A program made the position numbers and the translations under genes. The notes below the pieces were generated by a model. It was given only the letters and a program-made list of their open reading frames with translations. It was not told the DNA's origin and made no database searches. A stretch of 64,000 bases of DNA, taken from NCBI GenBank assembly GCA_963664435.2, contig CAXXKM010000001.1, positions 96,001-160,000 of the forward strand, given 5' to 3'. Source of the DNA: Longimicrobiales bacterium. Lineage in GTDB: Bacteria; Gemmatimonadota; Gemmatimonadetes; Longimicrobiales; Gaopeijiaceae. Of this stretch, positions 42,605 through 51,256 are shown in pieces; the first letter of the stretch is position 1, and each line of letters opens with the position of its first letter.

Positions 42605-43885
42605 TTGGACATAATTCGCGATACCGGCCCCAGGAAGCGGAGGAAGAGGCTGGCGTGGAGCGCAACGGCCATCGGCGCCTTCGCGATCGCCGTCTTCGGA
42701 TGGCAGCTGCTTCCGTCGGGCGTCCCCAGCGTTGATGCCGCCATCATCTGGAGCGACACGGTGGCGCACGGAACGTTGATTCGGCAGGTGCGGGGTCCGG
42801 GCACGCTCGTACCGGAGCAAATGCGCTGGATCACCGCGGTGACCGCCGGACGTATCGAGCAGATTCTCTCGCTGCCCGGCGCCGAAGTCTCAGCCGGTGA
42901 TCTCATCATGCGCTTGAGCAACCCGGATGTGGACATGCAATTGCTGCAGGCCCAGCAGCAGTTGTCGGCGGCGCACGCGAGCCTCGTTCAACTGAGGACC
43001 AGCCTGCGGATGCAGGAGCTTCAGCTGCGCGCCACCACGGCAACCGTGCGTGCGGACTACCTGGAGGCGGAGCGAACCCATCGGATCAACCAGCAGCTCT
43101 TTGACGAGAATCCGGAACTCGTCGCCCGGGCCGACCTCGATCGGTCACGCGAGTCCGTGGAAGCCCTGTCGCTTCGCCTCGAGACCGAGGCGGAGCGTCT
43201 GGCCGTGATCCAGACCACGTCCGGGGAGCAAATCGGCGCCCAGGAGGAACAGATCACGCGGCTCGCCGACCTGGTCCGGTTCAGCCGGGATCGAATCGGG
43301 TCCATGCACGTGACCGCATCGGTGCGCGGGGTGTTGGCGCCGCTCGACATTCCGCTACAGGAGGGACAGTGGGTGCAGTCGGGGCAGGCCCTGTCGCGAG
43401 TCGTCGTTCCGGGTCGCCTGAAAGCGGAGATCCGCATACCGCAGACGCAGGCGCAGGAGATCGCTGTTGGACAGGTCGCGATGATCGACACGCGGACGGA
43501 CACGATTCAGGGGCGGGTCGTGCGCATCGATCCCGCGGTTCGGAGCGGAACCGTGACCATCGACGTCGCACTTCCGCCGGACCTTCCACCATCGGCGCGC
43601 CCCGATCTCAGCGTTGACGGAAACGTCGTCGTCGAGCGCCTCGATGACGTAATCCACATGAGCCGTCCGACGTTCGGGCAGGCCAATCGGCAGATGAGCC
43701 TCTTCAGGGTGGTCGATGACGGGCGGTTCGCAGAGCGCGTTACCGTCCGCCTGGGCGCGAGTTCGCTCAACGACATCGAGGTACGCGAGGGACTGCAGCC
43801 CGGCGACGTCGTGATTCTGTCGGACATGTCCCAATGGGACGGGTTCAGCCGGGTGAGGCTGAGAGGACGCGGAGGAGCACGATGA
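42605..43885 (+). CDS. Efflux periplasmic adaptor (membrane fusion protein)
   Basis: TTG start after AAGGAG; TM anchor, VRGPGTLVPE, coiled coil, RPDLSVDG, GLQPGD.VI.SD. Confidence 0.9.
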   Translation: MDIIRDTGPRKRRKRLAWSATAIGAFAIAVFGWQLLPSGVPSVDAAIIWSDTVAHGTLIRQVRGPGTLVPEQMRWITAVTAGRIEQILSLPGAEVSAGDLIMRLSNPDVDMQLLQAQQQLSAAHASLVQLRTSLRMQELQLRATTATVRADYLEAERTHRINQQLFDENPELVARADLDRSRESVEALSLRLETEAERLAVIQTTSGEQIGAQEEQITRLADLVRFSRDRIGSMHVTASVRGVLAPLDIPLQEGQWVQSGQALSRVVVPGRLKAEIRIPQTQAQEIAVGQVAMIDTRTDTIQGRVVRIDPAVRSGTVTIDVALPPDLPPSARPDLSVDGNVVVERLDDVIHMSRPTFGQANRQMSLFRVVDDGRFAERVTVRLGASSLNDIEVREGLQPGDVVILSDMSQWDGFSRVRLRGRGGAR

Positions 43886-44604
43886 TGGCCAATGATCCGC
43901 TGATCCGGCTGGACGGCGTGGGCAAGGTTTTCCTTGCCGAAGAGGTGGAAACGCACGCGCTGTCGAACATCAATCTGTCGATACGCAGCGGCGAGTACAT
44001 ATCGATTGCGGGTCCATCGGGCTGCGGCAAGACGACGTTGTTGTCGATTCTGGGATTGCTGGACGGTCCCACGAGCGGGCGCTACGTGCTGGACGGCACC
44101 CCGGCCGAGAAGCTGGATGCGGGCCAGCGGGCACGAGTTCGCAACCGGGCGATCGGCTTCATCTTCCAGGCGTTCAACCTGATCGGTGACCTGACCGTGT
44201 ACGAGAATGTCGAGTTGCCGCTGACCTATCGGGGGATGGGGGCCGCGGAACGCAAGGAGCGGGTGCAGGAGTCCCTCGAACGTGTGGGGCTTGCTCATCG
44301 CACGCGGCACTATCCCAACCAGTTGTCGGGCGGCCAGCAGCAGCGTGTCGCGGTCGCGCGGGCGATCGTCGGAAGCCCGCTCATCCTGCTCGCGGACGAG
44401 CCCACGGGGAACCTCGACTCCAGAAACGGAATCGCAGTGATGAGGCTTCTCGATGAGTTGCATGCCGATGGCGCCACGATCTGCATGGTGACGCACGATC
44501 CGCGGTATTTCCACATGGCCGAACGGACCGTCCACCTCTTCGACGGGCAGATCGTGAGCGAGGATGAAGCGCAGCGGCAGGCCCTTGAGAGGGTCGGTCC
44601 CTGA
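43882..44604 (+). CDS. ABC transporter ATP-binding protein (MacB/LolD type)
   Basis: [34 protein letters not shown] overlap. Confidence 0.95.
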   Translation: MMANDPLIRLDGVGKVFLAEEVETHALSNINLSIRSGEYISIAGPSGCGKTTLLSILGLLDGPTSGRYVLDGTPAEKLDAGQRARVRNRAIGFIFQAFNLIGDLTVYENVELPLTYRGMGAAERKERVQESLERVGLAHRTRHYPNQLSGGQQQRVAVARAIVGSPLILLADEPTGNLDSRNGIAVMRLLDELHADGATICMVTHDPRYFHMAERTVHLFDGQIVSEDEAQRQALERVGP

Positions 44605-44641
44605 GGATGGAGACAGTCACGGGATTGGAGCAGGCGGCTTC

Positions 44642-44728
44642 ATGAGTCCCACGCTCCGGAACGCGTTGCGGCGGCTGAGGCGAAACCCCGGATTCAGCCG
44701 GTCGTCGTCTGCGGTACCGTGTTTCTGA
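44642..44728 (+). pseudogene. N-terminal stub of a second ADOP permease
   Basis: MSPTLRNALRRLRRNPGFS matches the ADOP N-terminal signature, then stops at 28 aa. Confidence 0.7.
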
Positions 44729-44847
44729 CAGCAGGAATCGCCATCATCAGACCAGTCCTGTCGACCGTTCGGCGGGATGCGATGGGACTGATTCAGCAAG
44801 GACTGTCGGGGCGTTCCACATGATTCCGGGTCGGCCGCCCCGGCGAC

Positions 44848-46044
44848 TCAATGTGACTCCACCGGCGTCATCCCCACGTACTTGAGCCCGCTTCCGGTGT
44901 TGAACAGCACCGTCTCGTCGTCCTCGGAGAGGAGCCCCATCCGGAGCAGCTCCGTGACCGACGCCAGCACCGCGCCTCCTTCCGGACATGCGAAGATGCC
45001 CGTGCATTCCCCCATCACGCGCACCGCTTCCGCCATCGCCGCGTCCTCGATCGCCACCGCGCCGCCCCCCGACTCCCTGATCGCGCGCAGCATCAGGAAG
45101 TCCCCCACCGCCGCCGGGACCCGGAGCCCCGCCGCGTAGGTCTCGGCGTCCTGCCAGAACTGCGCCGCCTCGGTGCCTTCCTGCCAGGCCCGCACCACCG
45201 GCGCGCACCCGGTCGGCTGAACCGAGAACATCTTCGGCCGCTCGTCCCCGATCCAGCCCATCTGCTCCATCTCGTCGAACGCCTTCCACATCCCGATGAG
45301 ACCGGTGCCTCCTCCGGTCGGATAGATCACGGCGTCCGGGAGCCGGAACCCCAGCTGCTCGAAGAGCTCGTACCCCATCGTTTTCTTGCCTTCCACCCGG
45401 TACGGCTCCTTCAGGGTGGAGAGATCCCACCAGCCCATGTAGTCGGCCCCCTCGCGCACCACCTTCCCGCAGTCGGTGATGAGCCCGTCCATGAGCACCA
45501 GGTCGGCGCCCAGCCCGCGGATCTCCTCGACGATGGGCGCGGGGGTGTCGTTGGGCGCCACGATGTGCACCGGGAGTCCGCCCGCGGCCCCGTACGCGGC
45601 CGCCGCGCTGCCCGCGTTGCCCGCCGAGGGGATCGCCAGCTCCTGCGCTCCCAGCTCCTTCGCCCGCGACACGGCGAGGCACAGCCCGCGGTCCTTGAAG
45701 CTGCCCGTGGGGTTCATGCCCTCGTTCTTCACCCAGAGGCGCCGCATGCCGTACCGCTCCGCGAGCCGCGGGGCGTCCGTGAGCGGCGTCCAGCCCTCCC
45801 CAAGCGACAGCTGGCATTCCGGTACCCGCACCGGCAGCACCTCCTCGTAGCGCCACAGATCCGGCCGCCGCCCTGCCAGATCGCCGGGGCGGAAGTGGCG
45901 ACGGATGGTGTCAAGATCGTAGCGCGCGAACAGGGGCCTCCCGGCGGGCGAGAGGCCCATCAGCTGCTCGCTGTCGAAGGTCTCGCCGGTCCAGGTGCAC
46001 TCCAGATGACTGGCGCCGCGCGCCTTCCACGGAATTGCGTTCAT
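44848..46044 (-). CDS. thrC: Threonine synthase-like PLP enzyme
   Basis: SLGEGWTPL, NPTGSFKDRG (PLP Lys), SAGNAG, EGKKT, PTGGGTG, PEGGA, NTGSGLKY. Confidence 0.85.
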   Translation of the reverse strand: MNAIPWKARGASHLECTWTGETFDSEQLMGLSPAGRPLFARYDLDTIRRHFRPGDLAGRRPDLWRYEEVLPVRVPECQLSLGEGWTPLTDAPRLAERYGMRRLWVKNEGMNPTGSFKDRGLCLAVSRAKELGAQELAIPSAGNAGSAAAAYGAAGGLPVHIVAPNDTPAPIVEEIRGLGADLVLMDGLITDCGKVVREGADYMGWWDLSTLKEPYRVEGKKTMGYELFEQLGFRLPDAVIYPTGGGTGLIGMWKAFDEMEQMGWIGDERPKMFSVQPTGCAPVVRAWQEGTEAAQFWQDAETYAAGLRVPAAVGDFLMLRAIRESGGGAVAIEDAAMAEAVRVMGECTGIFACPEGGAVLASVTELLRMGLLSEDDETVLFNTGSGLKYVGMTPVESH

Positions 46045-46379
46045 GTGCGTGGCCTTTCAAGTCTCGAGGGAAAGCTGCGACATCAGGCGTGCGCCGGCAT
46101 GGTGGACAAGTTCCCGCATCCGCGTCCCGGGCGCGAGCCTGATCTCGCCGTCCGCCGCCAGCGATCGTGCATGCCGGGGACCCGGCTTGTTCCGATACCC
46201 GGGCGAGTGGTGTAGGCTTTGTGAAGATGCGGCGCAAGGTTACAGGCAACCATCCACAACCGCAACACATCCAACAGACGTAGTTCGGGACGCCGGAAAC
46301 TGGTCTGGATACAACCCGAATGAGTCGAGCACAGAGGACATTCGCGCTTCGCAACGAGCGGGTACCGACGGATGAAGGG

Positions 46380-46940
46380 ATGAACGAGTCCCAGATGATC
46401 CGCAGGGCGAGCGAAGGGGACGCTCGGGCGGTGCGGTCGCTGTACGACCGCTACAGCCCTCGCGTGTATGCCGTGGTGCGCAGAATCGCGGGGGACGACC
46501 ACACTGCCCAGGACTACGCCCAGGAGACCTGGGTGCGCGTCATCCGGGCGCTTCCGACGTTCCGCGGCGACTCGAAGTTCTCGACCTGGCTGCATCGCAT
46601 CGCGGTCAACGCGGCGCTGCAGGCGAGGCGCAGGGAGAGCACCCGGCAGGATCGGGAGGTGCCGATCCCCGAGACGGTTTCGGTGCGGTCCTCGCCGGGC
46701 GATCCTCTCCTGGCGCGGCGGCTGGAGAAGGCCCTGGACCGGCTTCCGGAAGGAATGCGGCGCGTGCTGATCCTCCATGACGTCGAGGGCTACACGCATC
46801 AGGACATCGGTGAGATGACGGGCGTGACGGCGGGCACATCCAAGTCGCAGCTCTTCAAGGCGCGGGCGAAAATGAGACAATGGCTGGGGTCGGTTCACGA
46901 ACCCCGACACGAACAGGAGCGGGAAGCATGGAGCATCTGA
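46380..46940 (+). CDS. ECF RNA polymerase sigma factor
   Basis: AQDYAQETWVR, FSTWLHRIAVN region 2; LPEGMR..EGYTHQDI..GTSKSQLFKAR region 4. Confidence 0.93.
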   Translation: MNESQMIRRASEGDARAVRSLYDRYSPRVYAVVRRIAGDDHTAQDYAQETWVRVIRALPTFRGDSKFSTWLHRIAVNAALQARRRESTRQDREVPIPETVSVRSSPGDPLLARRLEKALDRLPEGMRRVLILHDVEGYTHQDIGEMTGVTAGTSKSQLFKARAKMRQWLGSVHEPRHEQEREAWSI

Positions 46941-47632
46941 GTCTGGAAGCTCTGGCTCGCCTGGTTGACGAGACACCCTTCAGGAGCGAGAGGCGGCACC
47001 TGGCCCGCTGCCCGGACTGCTCCCGGGAGCTTGAGCTGCTGCGCGAGCAGACGGAAGCGCTGGGATCGCTGCCGGATTTGCGCCCGGCGCCCGGAGACTG
47101 GCCGGCGCTGGAGGCGCGCCTGGAAAGCGAAGGCCTTCTGCGCGAAAGCACTCCGGCGGATGCGGTCATCCGCCTGATCGACCGCCGGCGGAGCTGGATG
47201 CAGGCCGCCGCCGCGGTGGTGCTCTTCCTTGCCGGAGGTCTCTCCGGAGCGGTGCTGGCGCCGGCGGGATGGGGTTTGCAAACAGGTGACGGACAAGTTG
47301 CATCGGGCGGGATGACGGCGGGTGAGGCGTCCCCGGCCGGACTCGCGGCCACGGAAGCCGGAACCATCGAGGAAGCGGCGGAGTTTCTGCGGCTCGCCGA
47401 GCAGCAGCACCGGGACGCCGCGCTGCGTTATCGCGCGCTGGCCCGCGGCCCGGAGGACGGGACGCCGATGGATGCGCGCCACTTCGCCGCGCGCGAGATG
47501 CTGGTTGCCGCAAGTCAGGCGGCCGTCCAGGAGGCTCCCGACGATCCGTTTCTGAACGGGTTCCTGGTCAGCGCCGTAGCGGAACGCGAAGCGGCGATGA
47601 ACGCGCTCTTCGCCTCCGCCGATCGATACTAG
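46928..47632 (+). CDS. Zinc-binding anti-sigma factor (ZAS, HxxxCxxC) with TM helix
   Basis: H..HLARCPDC; TM segment WMQAAAAVVLFLAG; overlaps the sigma gene end. Confidence 0.85.
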   Translation: MEHLSLEALARLVDETPFRSERRHLARCPDCSRELELLREQTEALGSLPDLRPAPGDWPALEARLESEGLLRESTPADAVIRLIDRRRSWMQAAAAVVLFLAGGLSGAVLAPAGWGLQTGDGQVASGGMTAGEASPAGLAATEAGTIEEAAEFLRLAEQQHRDAALRYRALARGPEDGTPMDARHFAAREMLVAASQAAVQEAPDDPFLNGFLVSAVAEREAAMNALFASADRY

Positions 47633-48765
47633 TGTAGTGTCGCATAAGTGGCAGGGTTAACGCATGGAGAAGCCGCTATCTTCCATGCATGCCTGCTCTG
47701 CGAAGGATTCGATTGCGACCCGGGGACCGCAAGGAGCTCGAGGGATGGGTTCGAGCCCGCACGACCCCGCAGCGGCGCGTGGAGCGCGCCCGGATCATAC
47801 TGGGTTCGGCCGGAGGTTTGCCGGGCCGGACGCTGGCCCGCGAGATCGGCGTCTCGCTGCCGACCGTGCAAAGATGGCTGGACCGGTACGACGAAGAGGG
47901 GCTCGCGGGACTTGAGGATCGGTCCCGCCCCGGTCGGCCGCGAAGTACGATCACGCCCGAAGTCGAGGCCGAGGTCGTGCGCCGCACGCTCGAGGAGAAA
48001 CCGCCGCGGGGGACGCACTGGAGCACCCGCCTGATGGCCGAGGGCATGGGGCTGCATCACAGCCAGGTGGGGCGGATCTGGAACGCCCACGGACTGAAGC
48101 CCCACAGGGTGCGCTACTTCAAGCTCTCCACCGATCCCCGCTTCGTCGAGAAGCTCCGCGACGTGGTGGGGCTCTACGTGGCGCCGCCGGAGCGGGCGAT
48201 CGTCTTCTCCTTCGACGAGAAGAGCCAGATCCAGGCCCTGGACCGGACCCAGCCGGGGTTGCCGCTCAAGAAGGGACGGGCGGGCACCATGACGCACGAC
48301 TACAAGCGCCACGGGACCACGACGCTGTTCGCGGCGCTGGACGTCGCCACCGGAGAGGTCATCCACCAGTGTCTGCCCCGTCACCGGCACCAGGAGTTCC
48401 TCCGCTTCCTGCGCACCGTCGAAAAACAATGCGACCCGGAACTCGACCTGCACTTCATCCTCGACAACTACGCCACCCACAAGCATGCCCGAGTGAAGGA
48501 CTGGCTGGACCGGCACCCCCGAGTCCACTTCCACTTCGTGCCCACCTCGTCCTCGTGGCTCAATCTCGTCGAGCGCTTCTTCTCCGAACTCACGCAGCGC
48601 CAGCTCAAACGCCTCGCCGTCCACAGCGTCGGCCAGCTCGTCCACGCGATCACGTCCTACATCGACCACAGGAACCGCGCCCCGAAACCCTTCGTCTGGA
48701 CCGCCACCGTTCGCGACATCCTGGCTAAGGTCAACCGTGCCAACACCGCTTTAGCGGCACAACAC
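47632..48765 (+). mobile_element. IS630-family insertion sequence (1134 bp) with TA duplication
   Basis: Left end GTGTAGTGTCGCATAAG vs reverse complement of right end GTGTTGTGCCGCTAAAG; TA at 47630-47631 and 48766-48767. Confidence 0.93.
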
Positions 48766-48768
48766 TAG
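47689..48768 (+). CDS. IS630 transposase
   Basis: HTH, RPGRP, THWSTR, FDEKSQIQ, DYKRHGT, LDNYATHK, SWLNLVERFF DDE triad intact. Confidence 0.97.
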   Translation: MPALRRIRLRPGDRKELEGWVRARTTPQRRVERARIILGSAGGLPGRTLAREIGVSLPTVQRWLDRYDEEGLAGLEDRSRPGRPRSTITPEVEAEVVRRTLEEKPPRGTHWSTRLMAEGMGLHHSQVGRIWNAHGLKPHRVRYFKLSTDPRFVEKLRDVVGLYVAPPERAIVFSFDEKSQIQALDRTQPGLPLKKGRAGTMTHDYKRHGTTTLFAALDVATGEVIHQCLPRHRHQEFLRFLRTVEKQCDPELDLHFILDNYATHKHARVKDWLDRHPRVHFHFVPTSSSWLNLVERFFSELTQRQLKRLAVHSVGQLVHAITSYIDHRNRAPKPFVWTATVRDILAKVNRANTALAAQH

Positions 48769-48770
48769 CC

Positions 48771-49865
48771 ATGCTCCGTTTCCGCGCTTCCGGGGCTCTG
48801 CTCCTGGTGCTCCCGCTGTTCCCGCTGTTCCCCGCGGGGGCGGAGGCTCAGACCGGCGTCCGCACGGAGGGGGATGGCTGGATCGGCATCCAGGTCGAAG
48901 GTCGCGCGCTGCCCGACGGCTCCACCCGGGTGATGATCGTGCGGGTCGACCGCGGCAGCCCCGCCCAGCAGGCCGGGGTTCGTCCGTTCGACCTCCTGCT
49001 CCGTCTGGACGGTGAGGAGGTCTCGCCGGAAGCCCTGCTCGAGTTGGGCGAGCGCCTCCGCCCCGGACTTCCCCTCCAGCTCACGGTGCTGCGCGGCGAC
49101 CGGGAGCGGACCCTGCGCGTGATCGCCGGCGCGCGGCCCGATCCCATGGATCCGGCCACGATGGAGGAGTTCACGGCCCGGGTCGACTCGGCGCGCCTGC
49201 AGATCCTGCGCATAGTGGACTCGCTCATGGCCGATACGAGCTGGGCGAGAGTCCGAACCGAGACGCGGAGGGCCATGGTCGAGCAGGCCGAGGCCGCCGG
49301 AGAACTGGAAGCGACCGCGGAGGTGATGGCGCGGGTGCGTGAAATGATGGTGCGGGCCCGCGAGGTAATGCGGTCCCAGCGTTTCCGCCGTCCCCCGCCG
49401 TCGGGCGGTCCTCCCCCGGCACGTGTACGAATCACCATCGACGAAACCGCGGTGGGCGAGCGCGGGAGCCGCGGCGGGCCACCCGACCGCGGACCCATCG
49501 CGGTCGGCAGGAGGGGGTCCGGGGAGCGCAGAGGCTCTGGAGGCCCGCCTCCCGGCGTTCGCTTCCGGTCTCCCTACCTTCTGGGCGACCGATTCGTGGC
49601 GGGAGCCGAACTCGAGGTGGTCGAGCCGGACGCTCCGGCCGGCACCGGGGGACCGGGGCTGCAGGTCGTGCAGGTTCTGGAAGGCAGCCCCGCCGACCGC
49701 GCCGGACTGGCTCCCGAGGACCTGATCGTGACCATCGGCGGAGAACCGGTGGGCAACCTGAGGGAGTTCCGCGTCCGCCTCGGCCGACTGATCCTGCGCG
49801 GTCGCCCGGAGATGCAGGTGGTGCGCGGCGACTCGACCCTGGTGGTCATCCTGCCTCGACCGTAG
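48771..49865 (+). CDS. Secreted protein with two PDZ domains
   Basis: Signal peptide; GWIGI..V..GSPA..AG...D and V.EGSPA.RAGL..ED PDZ motifs. Confidence 0.88.
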   Translation: MLRFRASGALLLVLPLFPLFPAGAEAQTGVRTEGDGWIGIQVEGRALPDGSTRVMIVRVDRGSPAQQAGVRPFDLLLRLDGEEVSPEALLELGERLRPGLPLQLTVLRGDRERTLRVIAGARPDPMDPATMEEFTARVDSARLQILRIVDSLMADTSWARVRTETRRAMVEQAEAAGELEATAEVMARVREMMVRAREVMRSQRFRRPPPSGGPPPARVRITIDETAVGERGSRGGPPDRGPIAVGRRGSGERRGSGGPPPGVRFRSPYLLGDRFVAGAELEVVEPDAPAGTGGPGLQVVQVLEGSPADRAGLAPEDLIVTIGGEPVGNLREFRVRLGRLILRGRPEMQVVRGDSTLVVILPRP

Positions 49866-50015
49866 ACAAACCCCACGCGATGGGCTCTACCCGCGGAAGG
49901 GGTCCAATCGTCGGACGCTCCGCGTCCACTGTCCCGTCAGTACGATGAGGCGATGGGCTGCTCGATTCCCGGCGCCCACCGCCGCAGCCCCCGGCCTGTG
50001 TCGGACGGCGTCGCC

Positions 50016-51236
50016 CTACTCGTACCTGAGCGAGTCGATCGGATCGAGCAGCGCCGCCCGGCGCGCGGGCCAGATTCCGAAGAAGAGCCCGATCCCCGCC
50101 GAGAAGAGCAGCGCCACCGCGACCGCTGCGGGCGCGACCGCCGTCTCCCAGCCCGCCGTGCTCGATAGCAGCTCCGCGCTGCCGACCCCCGCTGCCACGC
50201 CCAGAACGCCGCCCATCGTGCACAGCACGAGGGACTCGATGATGAACTGAAGCAGGATGTTCAGCCGCGTGGCCCCCATCGCCTTGCGGATGCCGATCTC
50301 GCGGGTGCGCTCGGTCACGCTCACCAGCATGATGTTCATGATGCCGATGCCGCCGACCAGCAGGCTGATCGCCGCGATGCCTCCAAGGAGGTAGGTGAAG
50401 GTCTGCTGCGTCTCGTTGAACGACTCCAGCAGCTGCGCCGAGTTGCGGATGGAGAAGTCGGCTTCCTCACCGGGCGGAATGCGGTGCTCGCGCCGCAGGA
50501 TGCGGTCGATGTCGGCATAGGCCGCGTCCATGGAGGCCTCATCCAGGACCTTCACGCTGATGGAGTTGAGCCGGTCGCGGCCACCGAAGACCCGGTACTG
50601 GGCCGTGCTCAGGGGGATGTAGACTCGTTCGTCCGGCTGCGACCAGGGGCTGGACTCGCCCTGCTCCTCGAGGACGCCGATGACCTCGAAGGGAATCCCG
50701 CGGATCTGGACCGTGCGCCCCACAAGAAGCGCTCCGGGCGTCTCCAGCTGGTTGGGGATCTCCGATCCCACGACGGCGACCCGGCGTCGGCCCTGAACCT
50801 CTCCTTCGTCGAAGATCCTTCCGAGCGCCAGCTCGATGTTCTGCACGCCGAAATACTCGGGCCAGGTGCCCAGCACCTCGTTGCTCGAGTTCCAGCGCAG
50901 ATACGAAATCTGCTGGCGCTGCTCGATCTCGGGGGCGATCAGGAGGGTGCCCCCGGTCTGCATGCGCAGCGCCTCTGCGTCCTCGTCATAGAGGCGCGCG
51001 CGCGCGCCGCCGTCGCGGATGCCCCGGAACATGCTCTGGCCGGGCCGGATGGTGAGCACGTTGGTGCCCATGTTCTGGATCTGCTCTTCCACCCGGCGCT
51101 GCGCGCCCTCGCCCAGGGACACCATGGCGATCACCGCGGCCACGCCGATGATGATTCCCAGCGTAGTCAGGAACGAACGCAGCGCGTTCACCCTGATGGC
51201 CTGAAGGGCGACGACGACGATTTCCTTGATCAGCAT
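50016..51236 (-). CDS. MacB/YknZ-type ABC permease
   Basis: LRSFLTTLGIIIGVAAVI, LLVGGIGIMNIMLVSVTERTREIGIR, PARRAA..DPI. Confidence 0.95.
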   Translation of the reverse strand: MLIKEIVVVALQAIRVNALRSFLTTLGIIIGVAAVIAMVSLGEGAQRRVEEQIQNMGTNVLTIRPGQSMFRGIRDGGARARLYDEDAEALRMQTGGTLLIAPEIEQRQQISYLRWNSSNEVLGTWPEYFGVQNIELALGRIFDEGEVQGRRRVAVVGSEIPNQLETPGALLVGRTVQIRGIPFEVIGVLEEQGESSPWSQPDERVYIPLSTAQYRVFGGRDRLNSISVKVLDEASMDAAYADIDRILRREHRIPPGEEADFSIRNSAQLLESFNETQQTFTYLLGGIAAISLLVGGIGIMNIMLVSVTERTREIGIRKAMGATRLNILLQFIIESLVLCTMGGVLGVAAGVGSAELLSSTAGWETAVAPAAVAVALLFSAGIGLFFGIWPARRAALLDPIDSLRYE

Positions 51237-51256
51237 TTCGGGCCTCCGAGGCGCGG

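Larger units (their letters stand above)
35257..44869. mobile_element. Putative 9.6-kb genomic island bounded by a 14-bp direct repeat; no integrase
   Basis: ACTCCACCGGCGTC at 35257-35270 and 44856-44869; visibly more A/T at third codon positions inside. Confidence 0.5.
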
